Shown: piece by piece, positions 39,008-49,555 of the stretch
How the letters are laid out: the number at the start of each line of letters is the position of its first letter
How positions within the stretch are numbered: the first letter of the stretch is position 1
Made by a program: the position numbers and the translations under genes
The notes under the pieces: model-generated
Databases searched by the model: none
What the model saw: only the letters and a program-made list of their open reading frames with translations
What the model was told of the DNA's origin: nothing
Assembly: GCA_021807125.1 (NCBI GenBank)
Contig: JAKAPK010000001.1
Span: 182,354 to 246,353, forward strand
Length of the DNA stretch: 64,000 bases
Direction: 5' to 3'
Source of the DNA: Nanobdellota archaeon
GTDB taxonomy: Archaea > Nanobdellota > Nanobdellia > Parvarchaeales > Parvarchaeaceae

Positions 39008-39317
39008 ACGTATTTAGCCTCTTTTTGGTACGCTTTAGCGTACCACTTATTCCTAATGTAAGTACGTCTCTTGAAAAGACTCTCTTCATTAACGATAATG
39101 TAAATATTACATCGTATTTATACCTATTGTTTACGCTTATTATGCCCGTATACGCGTCATCGGAAATCGAATAAACGTCCTTTATTATCTTCACGTTCGC
39201 CCGTATTACCAGTAATGGGTAGAATTTGTTTATCGTTGAATAAACGCTGTTTGAAAATTCGTCCTGACTACTTACCCCTGTTATGCGCAGTATTATATAG
39301 CGTCGTTTATATCTCAT
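38988..39317 (-). CDS. rnp2: RNase P protein component 2 (Pop5/Rpp14 homolog)
   Basis: 'MRYKRRYIILRI' start and 'GISGTLKRTKK' near the C-terminus. Conserved position upstream of psmA. Confidence 0.7.
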   Translation of the reverse strand: MRYKRRYIILRITGVSSQDEFSNSVYSTINKFYPLLVIRANVKIIKDVYSISDDAYTGIISVNNRYKYDVIFTLSLMKRVFSRDVLTLGISGTLKRTKKRLNTYGSDAK

Positions 39318-39328
39318 ATTTTGAGAGT

Positions 39329-39544
39329 CTAGCCTATATCAAAGTGATACATTGCGTATACAGACAATATCGATACCGCAAGCGCGGCGGCAGTTAACAA
39401 TATTGGATCGGCTTTTGTAACGAATATAGTATCAATCCAGCTGTAAATCATAGCCACCATTCCGATGAATATTACTGCACCAATAGTGCTTAATTCAAAT
39501 AGCCTCTCTAGTTTTGGCAATTCCATTGATAGTTTCTGTTGCAC
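39329..39544 (-). CDS. small membrane protein
   Basis: 71 aa with two hydrophobic segments. Confidence 0.4.
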   Translation of the reverse strand: MQQKLSMELPKLERLFELSTIGAVIFIGMVAMIYSWIDTIFVTKADPILLTAAALAVSILSVYAMYHFDIG

Positions 39545-39665
39545 GGCTATTTAAACTTTTTCAACAGGTAACATAAATTAATTCTAAACTTCAATCGATG
39601 TTGAATTCAGTTAGACTGCATACTTAATAAAAAGATATTATATACACTCTGTTTTTAACAATAAG

Positions 39666-39680
39666 CAAAGGCATAAATAG
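39666..39680 (+). promoter_or_regulatory. BRE/TATA-like box
   Basis: 'caaaggcataaatag' lies ~25 nt upstream of the ATG at 39701. Confidence 0.35.
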
Positions 39681-39700
39681 CTTGGATAGACAGCACATTT

Positions 39701-40192
39701 ATGGTAGGCACAACGCTTAAGAGATACGGGCTGGAGAGCGTGGCAAAGATATTCATAGTTTTCGGATTGCTGCTTGTTCTTTTTTCCTGGCTCGCAGGTG
39801 TCTATTATTTCGAATCAATAGGCAAGATCACGCTGTTAATAGCGCCTTTAGTATTCACATGCGTTTCGGCGCTGTTGCTTTTGATGATTCGATATAGATA
39901 CATGCTATTCGAAAGATACCCATATCTTATGACGCTTCCTTCATTGTTCTACCGCATTGGAGAACGAAAAGGTAAAAATCAGAGTATTGCGTTCAGCATG
40001 ATATTCACTGTGCACGCGTTTGTAATTGCAGTCATAGGGTTCTTGAGTCTGCTTTTGACGGTCATGGTAGGTTCCAGCATTAAGAGCGACGTCGCATCTC
40101 CGCTTCTATATGTATATCTGGCGACAGCAGTAATCTTGGTCATAGCAGTCTTGTTGCAGTACCGTAGAATTTACATTAGGTTTGTTAAGTAA
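39701..40192 (+). CDS. hypothetical membrane protein
   Basis: 163 aa with 4 TM segments. Confidence 0.5.
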   Translation: MVGTTLKRYGLESVAKIFIVFGLLLVLFSWLAGVYYFESIGKITLLIAPLVFTCVSALLLLMIRYRYMLFERYPYLMTLPSLFYRIGERKGKNQSIAFSMIFTVHAFVIAVIGFLSLLLTVMVGSSIKSDVASPLLYVYLATAVILVIAVLLQYRRIYIRFVK

Positions 40193-40280
40193 AATTACAA
40201 GCAGCTTCTGTACTATAACTATATATAGTTCCCTACGCAGCTCACATCGATAGGTAGTTTCGTCAGTTTCACGCATTGTT

Positions 40281-41366
40281 TCAAGATTGCAGTTGCGTTT
40301 TTATCTCAATATGCTGTATTGAAGATTTATGAATTATTTTTAGATTAGGGTATATCTTTGCCAGTCTAAGTGTGCTGTAATCTCCAAGCTTTACGTTTTC
40401 CCCAAGCACTGAATTTTCCACAAAAGAACCCTTGCCTATTTCGCATCCGAAATCCAAGAAACTGCTCTTTAAAGTGGAATCTGATTTTACCCTCGATTCA
40501 AAAACAACGCTGCCATCAACAACAGCACCTTTTTCAACAACAGTATCCCCATATAGGGCACTATTTCTTACTATTGCACCTTCTTCTACAACTACATTAT
40601 CATCTATCCAAAAACCGTCTTTAAGTTCCCCCTTAAAAATTGCCTTTTCAGACAGAAATTGTTTGCCATTCAACATGTCAGTTTGCGCTTCTAAATATGA
40701 GCTAACCTTCCCTATATCAGTGAATTTGTTAGGATTTACGTACCCGAATATTTTAAGCCCCTTATTAAGGAGATCAGGAAAGATGCTTCCCGTAGAATCA
40801 TAAAATTCATTACTGATAGACTCCATTACACTGTTTTTGAATACATATATGCCGGCCGATGCATAAGAAGCACCAGCGTAATTTGATGATTTCTCACGAA
40901 AATCAAGCACTCTTCCGGAAGATGATATTTTAACGGCGCCGTATTCACTACAGTCTTTTACCTTGGACAGCACAAGAGTGACATCAGATCCTTTCTTATA
41001 ATGAAATTCTATAAGCCGTTTATAATCGACTGAAATTATGTTATCTCCCAAAACAACAATGAAATCATCTTTCATGTCCGAATATATAGCAGCATTCTTT
41101 ATCGCTTTTACACCACCTAGCCGCTCATTTTCTATAATATATCTTATTTCACAGCCAAAATCCGAACCGTCGTCAAAATAATGGCTTATCGACTGAAAAC
41201 GCCTGTTAGTCGATATAATAATATCCTTTATCCCCTGCTCTGCGAGAGAGGATATTATATGCTGCAAAATAGGCTTCCCAAGGAGCTTTATCATGTGTTT
41301 AGGCTTATTTACGGTTATTGGCAGCAAGCGGGTCCCGTAACCTCCCGCAAGTATCAGCGCTTCCAT
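40281..41366 (-). CDS. sugar-1-phosphate nucleotidyltransferase with LbH C-terminus
   Basis: 'MEALILAGGYGTRLLPITVNKPKHMI' and 'VVLGDNI'. Hexapeptide-repeat C-terminus. Confidence 0.8.
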   Translation of the reverse strand: MEALILAGGYGTRLLPITVNKPKHMIKLLGKPILQHIISSLAEQGIKDIIISTNRRFQSISHYFDDGSDFGCEIRYIIENERLGGVKAIKNAAIYSDMKDDFIVVLGDNIISVDYKRLIEFHYKKGSDVTLVLSKVKDCSEYGAVKISSSGRVLDFREKSSNYAGASYASAGIYVFKNSVMESISNEFYDSTGSIFPDLLNKGLKIFGYVNPNKFTDIGKVSSYLEAQTDMLNGKQFLSEKAIFKGELKDGFWIDDNVVVEEGAIVRNSALYGDTVVEKGAVVDGSVVFESRVKSDSTLKSSFLDFGCEIGKGSFVENSVLGENVKLGDYSTLRLAKIYPNLKIIHKSSIQHIEIKTQLQS

Positions 41367-42890
41367 CTAATCTTTGAATAGTCCTTTGTAGATTTTGCCA
41401 AGACCAGCAGGTGAAAGATTAAATATCACCGTCTTTATGACGGTCATCTCCTCTAGACTATAGCCAACGCCTTCTTTGCCTTGGCCAGAATTTTTTACAC
41501 CGCCGAATGGAAAGTACGCAGTGCCATGAGAAGGAGCAGCGTTAAGTGTGACGTTGCCTACTTGAAGACTCTTCATTATTTTCCATGCCGAATAGAAATT
41601 CTGAGTAAACACACACGAATCCAAGCCGTACTGTGATTTATTTGCTATAGATATTGCCTCTTCCTCGCTACTGCATGTTATGACCGTTATTACGGGCCCG
41701 AACGTTTCCTCTTCAGCTATTCGTGAATCAAGTGGAACATCAGTCAACAGGGTGGGTTCATAATATGCCCTATCGAACTTACCGCCAGCAACAAGCTTTG
41801 CACCATGCTTTAAAGCATCCTTTATAAGACCATCAATCCTTATCGCTGACTTTTCGTTTATTACAGGTCCCATACTTACTTTATTGTCATCCGATGGATT
41901 GCCCAAAGTGTAATCTTTTAGATGGGCCACCAACTTCTTTTCTAATGCGTCCTTCGCCTTTTTTACGACAAGTATACGACTTATTGCGTCGCAGCGCTGG
42001 CCTGACAATTCAAGTGAGCCTTTTACACACTCCTTTGCCGCAAGTTCTATATCAGCATCCTCCAATACGATTGCAGTGCCCTTTCCCCCCAGCTCCAAGT
42101 GCAGTTTCTTCAGGCCTGCAGTTTGCGATATTTCCTTACCTACAGAAGTGCTTCCCGTAAAACTTATCATGTTTATGTCATCATTTCTTATGAGATACTT
42201 GCCAGCAGTCTCTCCATCGCAAGTGACTACCTGCAGCGTACCGGATGGGACACCGCATTTTCTGAATATTTCTGCGCACATAAGGAAAGCCACTGGATCT
42301 GCACTTGGCGGTTTTAGAACCACCGAATTTCCAGCCAATAACGCAGGTACTATCTTTGCCACGCTTGTATACACGGGGTAATTAAACGGAGATACGCCCA
42401 ATACGACGCCTATCGGTTCTCTTATTACCAATGCCATCTTTTGCGATGTATCGCTCGACCAGTCTCCTGGCAAATATTCACCATACACCTTTTTTGAATC
42501 TTCCATACTTAGTCGCATTCTTTCCAATGCAGCGTTTATTTCTCCTCTTGCGCTATTTATAGACTTACCGGATTCATTTACAAGTATATTAACCAATTCA
42601 TCAACATGCTTTCCAAGTTCAAGTCTTATAGAATTTATTAGCTCTAATCTATCTATCGCCGCCATATCCCTTATCTTCGATTGATTTGCCTTTGCAGATG
42701 ACACTGCCTTTTTCAGTTCTTCTTCGTTTGCAGACGAGATCTCAGCTATCTTTTTGCCGTCTAAGGGTGAGATCAAGTCACAGCCATTCTTTGTGTCAAT
42801 CCATTTTCCGTCCACCAAAACTTTAAACTTTGGTACTTCAGCGTCATTATAAATTTCAGAGAAATACTTAGAAAGTGAGATTTTTGCCAT
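41367..42890 (-). CDS. aldehyde dehydrogenase family protein (GapN-like, non-phosphorylating)
   Basis: 'FTGSTSVGK', 'LELGGKG', 'GQRCDAISR' (catalytic Cys) and 'EETFGPV'. Confidence 0.88.
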   Translation of the reverse strand: MAKISLSKYFSEIYNDAEVPKFKVLVDGKWIDTKNGCDLISPLDGKKIAEISSANEEELKKAVSSAKANQSKIRDMAAIDRLELINSIRLELGKHVDELVNILVNESGKSINSARGEINAALERMRLSMEDSKKVYGEYLPGDWSSDTSQKMALVIREPIGVVLGVSPFNYPVYTSVAKIVPALLAGNSVVLKPPSADPVAFLMCAEIFRKCGVPSGTLQVVTCDGETAGKYLIRNDDINMISFTGSTSVGKEISQTAGLKKLHLELGGKGTAIVLEDADIELAAKECVKGSLELSGQRCDAISRILVVKKAKDALEKKLVAHLKDYTLGNPSDDNKVSMGPVINEKSAIRIDGLIKDALKHGAKLVAGGKFDRAYYEPTLLTDVPLDSRIAEEETFGPVITVITCSSEEEAISIANKSQYGLDSCVFTQNFYSAWKIMKSLQVGNVTLNAAPSHGTAYFPFGGVKNSGQGKEGVGYSLEEMTVIKTVIFNLSPAGLGKIYKGLFKD

Positions 42891-42983
42891 ACTATAAATA
42901 AAGCACCCAAAAGTATTAATTCTTAATCGCTAAGACAGCATTAAGGTTAGCAATTATTTAATTGCGAATGGACATCCGATAAT

Positions 42984-43712
42984 ATGAGAAACACGTATCT
43001 GCTATTAGCTGTTTCGATAGTTATAGCGGCAGCAGCGACGTTATATCCCTACAAACAGGTTTCTGTAGCCGATGGGACGATCTTTCTGACTGTTATCGGC
43101 GTCACTTATGGCCTTATATCAGCATTTTCTATAAACAACGCGGACAAGTGCCTGGACCAGCTCAGGGACTCGTTCGCACATGAGGCAAGTTCTTTGCGTG
43201 CGATATTCTTGATGTCCAGAAAGCTAAAAGACAACTCTATAAAGAAAAAGATAAAACATCTTTTGGAAGATTATTGCAAAGATACAATAAATTTAGATAT
43301 AAAGGAATATGAGAACGGCGTATCAGCGCATGAAAAATTCAACGATCTTGCTAACGCAGTATTTGAGACAAAATCCAAGATGGATTCGGACAATCGGCTT
43401 CTCACAAGCATGACACAGGAATTAGTCAAAGCTTCCTCATTAAGAGACGAGCAGATCGTTTTAGCTAGGGACAGATTACCCGCCACACAATGGGCGCTGG
43501 AGCTGTTCCTATCTATAGTCTTGATAAGCGGATTATCTATGACAAATTTTCAGGATTCCATGTCTCACATATTCGTCTTCATGCTCAATCTGTCTGTCTT
43601 GGTAATACTGGTTGTGATATATAAGCTCGATTCGGTTACAGATTTTGAGGAAGAAGTATCAAATGAACCGTACCGTAGCTTACTTAGACTGATTCAGCAT
43701 ACAGGGATGTAG
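42984..43712 (+). CDS. hypothetical membrane protein
   Basis: 242 aa with TM segments at both ends and a soluble middle. Confidence 0.5.
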   Translation: MRNTYLLLAVSIVIAAAATLYPYKQVSVADGTIFLTVIGVTYGLISAFSINNADKCLDQLRDSFAHEASSLRAIFLMSRKLKDNSIKKKIKHLLEDYCKDTINLDIKEYENGVSAHEKFNDLANAVFETKSKMDSDNRLLTSMTQELVKASSLRDEQIVLARDRLPATQWALELFLSIVLISGLSMTNFQDSMSHIFVFMLNLSVLVILVVIYKLDSVTDFEEEVSNEPYRSLLRLIQHTGM

Positions 43713-43796
43713 GCTTACAAAATGTCCATCATAATCCATAATCACATAATTTACTATGCTTAGTACGATGTTAAGCGTATCAGGACTTCTTCGAAT

Positions 43797-44537
43797 CTAA
43801 GCCCACACGGCTTTTTTCGCGCCTTTTTCATCCCCATTTATAATGGCATCCAGCTCTTCGTTCATTAGTTCGAGAGAGCTGTAATCGTTTCTTACACACT
43901 TGTGAATTTCGTAATACATAGCTTCAAACCAGGGGTCTATGAGTTTCACCTGTAAATCTACAGACGCAATCATTACGTTTGGAGGCCATAAGTCTCCGTG
44001 ATAAACTCTCGCGCTTTTTAGCGCGTAAACAGCACAATTAAGTTCCTGCCGTATTTTAAGCAGGCCATCGACATTTATTTTATTTTTTTTGTTTTCGCCG
44101 GATTTGGCGTCATAATATTCAAAATACACGGTGCCGTCACTGGATATTTTCCCTCTCAGAATGTCGCATAATCTATATCCATCTATAAACTCCATGATAT
44201 AACCATATAACCCTTGCGCAGTTTTCGTCAACGCATACACTTTCGGCGAAGCTTCAGGTATTAACTGATTTACATCATAAGCCCTTATGGCTTCCCTTTC
44301 CAAATGACCTGACAGGATATTCCCGCTTTCGCCGCTTCTTTTCCAAAATAGTCCATAAGATTGAAGTTCAGCGTCAGATAGCCTTTCTAATCCGGACACT
44401 ATGCCTGCGTTCAATAATGGCAGGCCGGGTTTGACCAGACTTATATTTCGGACTATGTTTTCTGGCGTTGCGCTTGATAAAAGTTCTGCAAGAGGACCAC
44501 CAATCCCTTTTTCCGATAAAAGTCTTTCTAGTCTCAT
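43797..44537 (-). CDS. protein-kinase-like fold protein (Bud32/RIO/Kdo-like)
   Basis: Catalytic-loop-like 'YHGDLWPPNVMI' followed by 'VKLIDPWF'. Confidence 0.5.
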   Translation of the reverse strand: MRLERLLSEKGIGGPLAELLSSATPENIVRNISLVKPGLPLLNAGIVSGLERLSDAELQSYGLFWKRSGESGNILSGHLEREAIRAYDVNQLIPEASPKVYALTKTAQGLYGYIMEFIDGYRLCDILRGKISSDGTVYFEYYDAKSGENKKNKINVDGLLKIRQELNCAVYALKSARVYHGDLWPPNVMIASVDLQVKLIDPWFEAMYYEIHKCVRNDYSSLELMNEELDAIINGDEKGAKKAVWA

Positions 44538-44664
44538 AATGTTTTTTATTAGATGTTTTTGACTATTAATAGGTTTAAGCGATGTTTTACGTTAAAATTA
44601 CTCATAGCCGTTAAGCGCATGCTGGCAGCCAATGCTATTTAAGCCACAGAACTAATAGTTTAAG

Positions 44665-45591
44665 ATGGCATTTCAATTTTTTAACATAATTTTTGATGGT
44701 CTGCTGTCAGGTTTGCTGTTATCTTTCTTATTAGGCCTTCTGCACGGCATAACTCCCGATGAACACACCTGGCCCATAACGTTTTCTTATGCTATAGGGA
44801 GCTATTCCACAAAAAAAGGCGCTGAAGTTGGTCTTATATTCTCGTCAGGTTTTACTCTCCAGCGTGCGATAATGTCCGAAATTTTTTATCTTATATTTAA
44901 CGATGCGCTTGGAGGAATAAGCAACATAGTGGAATCTGCAGCTTTTTTCGCTTTAGTCTATATACTTGTCAGTTTTTTCATGGCGATTGCGGGTTATTAC
45001 ATAAAATACGGCAGATGGGTTCCGCACTTAAACTTTGACAGGTTCATAGGTAAGGGATTAAATAATCGTTTTAAACACGAATCAGAGGATTTTTACGCTA
45101 AAAATGTGTCCCCGTGGATGGCTTTAGTCCACGGACTGATAGCTGGGTTCGGGATGGGAGCGTTTGCACTTATAACTTTTACAGTTATCGCACCAAACAT
45201 GCCAAATGCATATTTGGGCTTTATGCCCGGATTATTCTACGGTCTAGGAACGATGGCAATGCAGATAATTTTCGGTGCGACGTTTGGCGCCTCTATGCTC
45301 AAGATAAAGAAACTTACGAGCAGAGGTCTAGAATTTCTTGCACATTTTATGTCGTCTTACGTGCTCTTGTACGGTGGTATAGTATTCATGCTGGCCGGTA
45401 TATCCAGCTTTGTCTTTCCTGTGCTACTGAACGCAGGCGTCTCTACGGGTATACCGGTATATAATCTTAATTCTTTCAATCTTGGCTTCGTATTAGTCAT
45501 TATAACGGTTGGAATAATAGGGTTAGCAGCCTATCTGAAAGGTATAAAGATTGCAAAATCCATAAAAAACGGGAAACGCGCGCCTTTTTAG
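44665..45591 (+). CDS. polytopic membrane protein (possible metal-ion transporter)
   Basis: 308 aa and ~8 TM segments. An 'HGITPDEHTWP' motif sits in TM1. Confidence 0.45.
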   Translation: MAFQFFNIIFDGLLSGLLLSFLLGLLHGITPDEHTWPITFSYAIGSYSTKKGAEVGLIFSSGFTLQRAIMSEIFYLIFNDALGGISNIVESAAFFALVYILVSFFMAIAGYYIKYGRWVPHLNFDRFIGKGLNNRFKHESEDFYAKNVSPWMALVHGLIAGFGMGAFALITFTVIAPNMPNAYLGFMPGLFYGLGTMAMQIIFGATFGASMLKIKKLTSRGLEFLAHFMSSYVLLYGGIVFMLAGISSFVFPVLLNAGVSTGIPVYNLNSFNLGFVLVIITVGIIGLAAYLKGIKIAKSIKNGKRAPF

Positions 45592-45677
45592 ACAAAGACT
45601 GCGAACAATAAATGTTCACTTACATAAAGATAAAGTGAAAAATTAAACCGTCTTCTGGCGATGGAAAAATTGTTAAT

Positions 45678-46730
45678 ATGGTAGATGATGACGAGCTTAT
45701 TATTGAGGCTTTTGCAACAAAGGGAATAGAATTCGTTGCGGAAAGGGAAATAAGACGGGCATTTCCGGAAGTCAACATAGAACATAAGTTGGACAAGCGC
45801 ATAATTTTTCGTTTAAAAGCTGCAAGCTTGAAAGAGCTTTTTAAACTTAGAACAGTGGACGACGTCCAATTGATGCTAAAAGAATTCAGCGACGTAAAAG
45901 GACTTGATGAGCAGTTTATACTGGACAACGCGCCTTTATATGAAATTGAACGTGCGGTTAAAACAATTGAAAAACTGCGCCCATTAAACAAAACTTTCTC
46001 TTTAACATTGTCAAAATATAAGAACTCCGAAATTGATCTGAATTCTCTGCAACAAAAATTTAGTGAAAAGATCGCTGATTCATTTAAGATTGCGTATACC
46101 GAGCGCGACCATAAAAATTTCGACCTGCGCGTGCATATAGAAGCCTCGAACCTATTTTTTTCCTGCAGGATTCCACGCAATAGCTTGTATTCAAGACAGT
46201 ATAAACTCTGCAAAAGAAAAGGCTCTCTGAAATCAACGATAGCAGCTTCACTTTGCATGCTGTTAGATTCACAAAAAGGAAAAAGACTGGTGGATAATTT
46301 TTGTGGGAGCGGTACCATACTTTGTGAAGCCGCATTGCAGGGCCTAGAACCGTTTGGTGGGGATATAGATGAAGACAGTGTAGAATGCGCCCAGACCAAC
46401 ATGCGCAGTTTGTCGAAAGAATGCGTAAAAAACATAAAGCATCTTGACGCAATGGCGACAAGGTGGCCGAATAATTATTTTGATTATGCGGTTTCAAATT
46501 ATCCTTGGGGCAAACAGATACAATTAAAAGGTATGGTCAAAATGTATGAAAATTCCATTCGCGAGTATGCGAGGATAATTAAAAAAGACGGAAAGATGGT
46601 GTTGCTCGGGGTTAATCCAGATCTAATCATAAAAGACGTAAAAAAGTATTTTCCCGGTCATTCTATAGAAAAATTTAAGATAGGCTTTTTAGGACAAACC
46701 CCTTGGATAGTGTACGTCCATCCAAAATAA
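45678..46730 (+). CDS. THUMP-domain RNA (guanine-N2) methyltransferase (Trm14/TrmN-like)
   Basis: N-terminal THUMP-like region. SAM motif 'DNFCGSGTILCEAA' and catalytic 'SNYPWG' ((D/N)PP(Y/W)-type). Confidence 0.78.
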   Translation: MVDDDELIIEAFATKGIEFVAEREIRRAFPEVNIEHKLDKRIIFRLKAASLKELFKLRTVDDVQLMLKEFSDVKGLDEQFILDNAPLYEIERAVKTIEKLRPLNKTFSLTLSKYKNSEIDLNSLQQKFSEKIADSFKIAYTERDHKNFDLRVHIEASNLFFSCRIPRNSLYSRQYKLCKRKGSLKSTIAASLCMLLDSQKGKRLVDNFCGSGTILCEAALQGLEPFGGDIDEDSVECAQTNMRSLSKECVKNIKHLDAMATRWPNNYFDYAVSNYPWGKQIQLKGMVKMYENSIREYARIIKKDGKMVLLGVNPDLIIKDVKKYFPGHSIEKFKIGFLGQTPWIVYVHPK

Positions 46731-46787
46731 GTAATATTTAATTATAAATTATACTTTCAGTAATAACAACACATTTTGGCGGTTTTT

Positions 46788-47090
46788 TCAGTTTTGAAGT
46801 CTTCTTATGTATGCATATGTGCTTCTTTTGAATCCGAGCTTATTATACAGTTTTATTGCCGATTTGTTTTTATCATTTGTTAGTATTATCACCGATTCAG
46901 CGCCAAGCGTTCTTAATCTCTCAATCATTTCTTTTATTAACGCAGATGCAATACCTAATTTTCTGAATGGTGGAGCAACATAAAGCTCTTCAATAGTTCC
47001 ATACGTAAAATCTGCGTAAGTTATAAGAAGACCTAATGCAAAACCCGTTAGCTCCTTATTTTCTTCAGAGATTAAAATCAGGTCTTTCAT
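46788..47090 (-). CDS. GNAT-family N-acetyltransferase (short)
   Basis: 'EELYVAPPFRKLGIASALIKEMIERLRTLGAESVIL' is GNAT motif A (R/Q-x-x-G-x-A). Confidence 0.7.
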   Translation of the reverse strand: MKDLILISEENKELTGFALGLLITYADFTYGTIEELYVAPPFRKLGIASALIKEMIERLRTLGAESVIILTNDKNKSAIKLYNKLGFKRSTYAYIRRLQN

Positions 47091-47116
47091 TTATTAGCGT
47101 TGGCATTTCATATCAG

Positions 47117-47131
47117 TAAAAGGTATAAATA
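47117..47131 (+). promoter_or_regulatory. BRE/TATA-like box
   Basis: 'aaaaggtataaatat' lies ~25-35 nt upstream of the ATG at 47156. Confidence 0.35.
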
Positions 47132-47155
47132 TCTGTAATCTTCTTCATATGATTC

Positions 47156-47509
47156 ATGGTACCATCACCTGATAAACATACTTTGGAAGGCATAATAGAA
47201 AAAGTACTTTTTAAAACTCATGAAAAATTGGGCTCTACAACGACCATAAAATTCGAAAGCCAAGTAGGGGTTGCATACATCAAGGATATTCGCGGCACCC
47301 TCCCTTTTGTTGTCGGCAATAAAGTAAGGGTTTCTTATACATATGAAAGAGACGGTGATGTGTTCCTACCAATAATAGATACTATAGATATGTACAGTAA
47401 AGATGGCGTACACCAGTTTAAAATCGATGAAATAGCTCCTTCCACTCCCCTGATTGCAGACATAGGGCGTCTCTACTCTAAACCCCTACAATTACCGCGT
47501 TCAGAGTAG
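47156..47509 (+). CDS. hypothetical protein
   Basis: 117-aa ORF; no motif. Confidence 0.45.
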   Translation: MVPSPDKHTLEGIIEKVLFKTHEKLGSTTTIKFESQVGVAYIKDIRGTLPFVVGNKVRVSYTYERDGDVFLPIIDTIDMYSKDGVHQFKIDEIAPSTPLIADIGRLYSKPLQLPRSE

Positions 47510-47554
47510 AACGCTGTAAATAGCTTAAAGATGCAACTACAATAGACATTCGCT

Positions 47555-48380
47555 ATGGAAAGTACACACAATACAAAATTCGAACTTTGGATGCCAAAGG
47601 ACAACCGTGCCTACCTTTTTGATTCTTTTTTTGAAGCGTCTTTCCCGCAAAAACTACTTGCCGATTATAAATCACATTGTAAAAGAGGATGTGAACTTGG
47701 TTTGGAAGAGATAATCAAAGGAATAAGTGCTAATCAGCCGGCAGAGAAACTCATACCAGCTATAAACGATAGAATAGAGAAGATTGACCATAGAGATGCG
47801 TCTATTTTTGCGGTTTCTTTTAAACCGAAAACTTATGGTGATGAACCTACGACTATAAATTGTTTAGGCCATGCCACCGTTTTGGTCTGTTCGCTGGAAA
47901 AAACTTGGGCGATATGACATATTAGCGGATATAAAAGTGAAAACCTCGTCGGATCACGTTTGGCTGTTTTATGATGGCGAGAGAAAATTTGATATTAATG
48001 GTTCTGGAGAATCTATATTAAGACCTTTGGAATCTCTACTTATTGGAAATTTAAACGCATGTGCGCAGAATTTGGCATCTATGGAAACGACTGGAGATGA
48101 TGAAGCACAAAAGAAAGACATAATTAAAGAAGCCCAAAAGAAGGCTGAAGAATCTCTCTCTATCGACCCAAACGAACCGTACTCTCTTGATGTAGCTGGA
48201 AAATTGTTCTGGCTTCAAGCAAAAGCAGAAAAAAATTTGGTATTTTACAATGCTGGCGTAGAATGCTTAGAGAAAGAATTCGAATCTAAAGGTCTGACAT
48301 CATCGATAAGGTTATCACTTTTAGCAGAGCTTATACAAATACGAAGCGAACGTGATAGTCTGGCAAATCAATATATTTAG
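47555..48380 (+). pseudogene. hypothetical gene split into two overlapping frames (47555-47917 and 47871-48380)
   Basis: The two ORFs overlap by 47 nt in different frames around an A6 run (47898-47903). This fits a single ~275-aa gene carrying a frameshift. Confidence 0.35.
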
Positions 48381-48592
48381 ATATACCGATTTCTTCTCTT
48401 TAACTTTAAAGTGTAAATTTTTAGTAAAAACAACAATCTTAATTCTAAGATAGCAAAGTAATTAGTTGACTAACAACGATACTAAAGCTTATAGACATTA
48501 CAAATTTATTTTATACTCTATTTTATGTGTATAATTACTGCCTTATCATATAAAGGGTTACAAAACGTCAGCGCACTAATGTAAAGTCTGGA

Positions 48593-49267
48593 TTATACCA
48601 GGGGTGCCTTTAAAACACCAAGCAAAACCCACAATGACGCAGCGACAGCTTCCGAAATAAGAAATGGCACCAAAACGGCTTCGATGCCGGCTATGACACC
48701 GTGAGACTTTCCGCGAAAGTCTATCATTGTAATAGGTATAAAGACTATAACGGAATAAACTATCCATACCACAGGAAGTTCTATAAAAATGGAAAAAGGA
48801 TTGTGAAGAAAAGCGCCTGATACAAATATCTCGTACAGTACGCCTGTAAAGGCAGAATACAGGACTGCTTCTGGTGGTGAGAATGCAAATTTTCTGCTCA
48901 CCCATAATTTCCACATGACCAGCCAAGTTAACCATGTTGCATCAATAAAAACAAGATCCACCCACAGAACTGGTTGTGCAAGCGTTCCACCCAAAATATA
49001 CACTAAGTATTCCTCTACCGACGATATAATTATTACTATGATAGAGAACCCGACTATGTTGTCTATTAATGAACCTTTAATTATGTCACGTATTCGTTCT
49101 CTAAAAAGCCATGAGGCACCGCCGAATACAACGCACCAAACAATCGCAAAATAAACAGAACTCCAGGAGCCTATAGAAGCGAGCACGGCAATAGATAAAA
49201 CGAACCAAGCAAAAATAAATCTCCAGTACCACGCAACCGCTGAGAATTTTACCAATATTTTAAACAT
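48593..49267 (-). CDS. hypothetical polytopic membrane protein
   Basis: 224 aa with ~7 hydrophobic segments. Confidence 0.5.
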   Translation of the reverse strand: MFKILVKFSAVAWYWRFIFAWFVLSIAVLASIGSWSSVYFAIVWCVVFGGASWLFRERIRDIIKGSLIDNIVGFSIIVIIISSVEEYLVYILGGTLAQPVLWVDLVFIDATWLTWLVMWKLWVSRKFAFSPPEAVLYSAFTGVLYEIFVSGAFLHNPFSIFIELPVVWIVYSVIVFIPITMIDFRGKSHGVIAGIEAVLVPFLISEAVAASLWVLLGVLKAPLV

Positions 49268-49345
49268 ATAAACCGATTTGACAGCCGCATAGCGGTATGT
49301 GTTATCTTGTTGTTATATCTTATTTAGACTTAGTATAATTTATAA

Positions 49346-49523
49346 AGAACACTACTTTCAGAAGACGTTACATAAAAATTTATTTCTGCAGTGCCATAGC
49401 CAACACAAGCCCGATAATAATCACGATCATGGCTTATTTTGCGTACAAAGAAAAATTGACGAAACTACAGGTATCCGGACTGTTATTGGCCGTCATCGGT
49501 GCAGTCATCATAAACCTGCTCTG
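49346..49523 (+). pseudogene. C-terminal fragment of a DMT/EamA- or SMR-type transporter gene
   Basis: Open frame '...YFCSAIANTSPIIITIMAYFAYKEKLTKLQVSGLLLAVIGAVIINLL*' looks like the last two TM helices of an EamA/SMR protein. It is preceded by an in-frame stop at 49343 with no N-terminal part. Confidence 0.4.
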
Positions 49524-49555
49524 ATTGAAAAACAGGTTCTAGATCTGCAGCGACC

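Noticed and set aside
45620-46435. 271-aa minus-strand ORF
   Set aside because: It is antisense to the THUMP methyltransferase gene, which has clear SAM and NPPW-type motifs. The translation is Ser/Phe-rich, so it is a shadow ORF.
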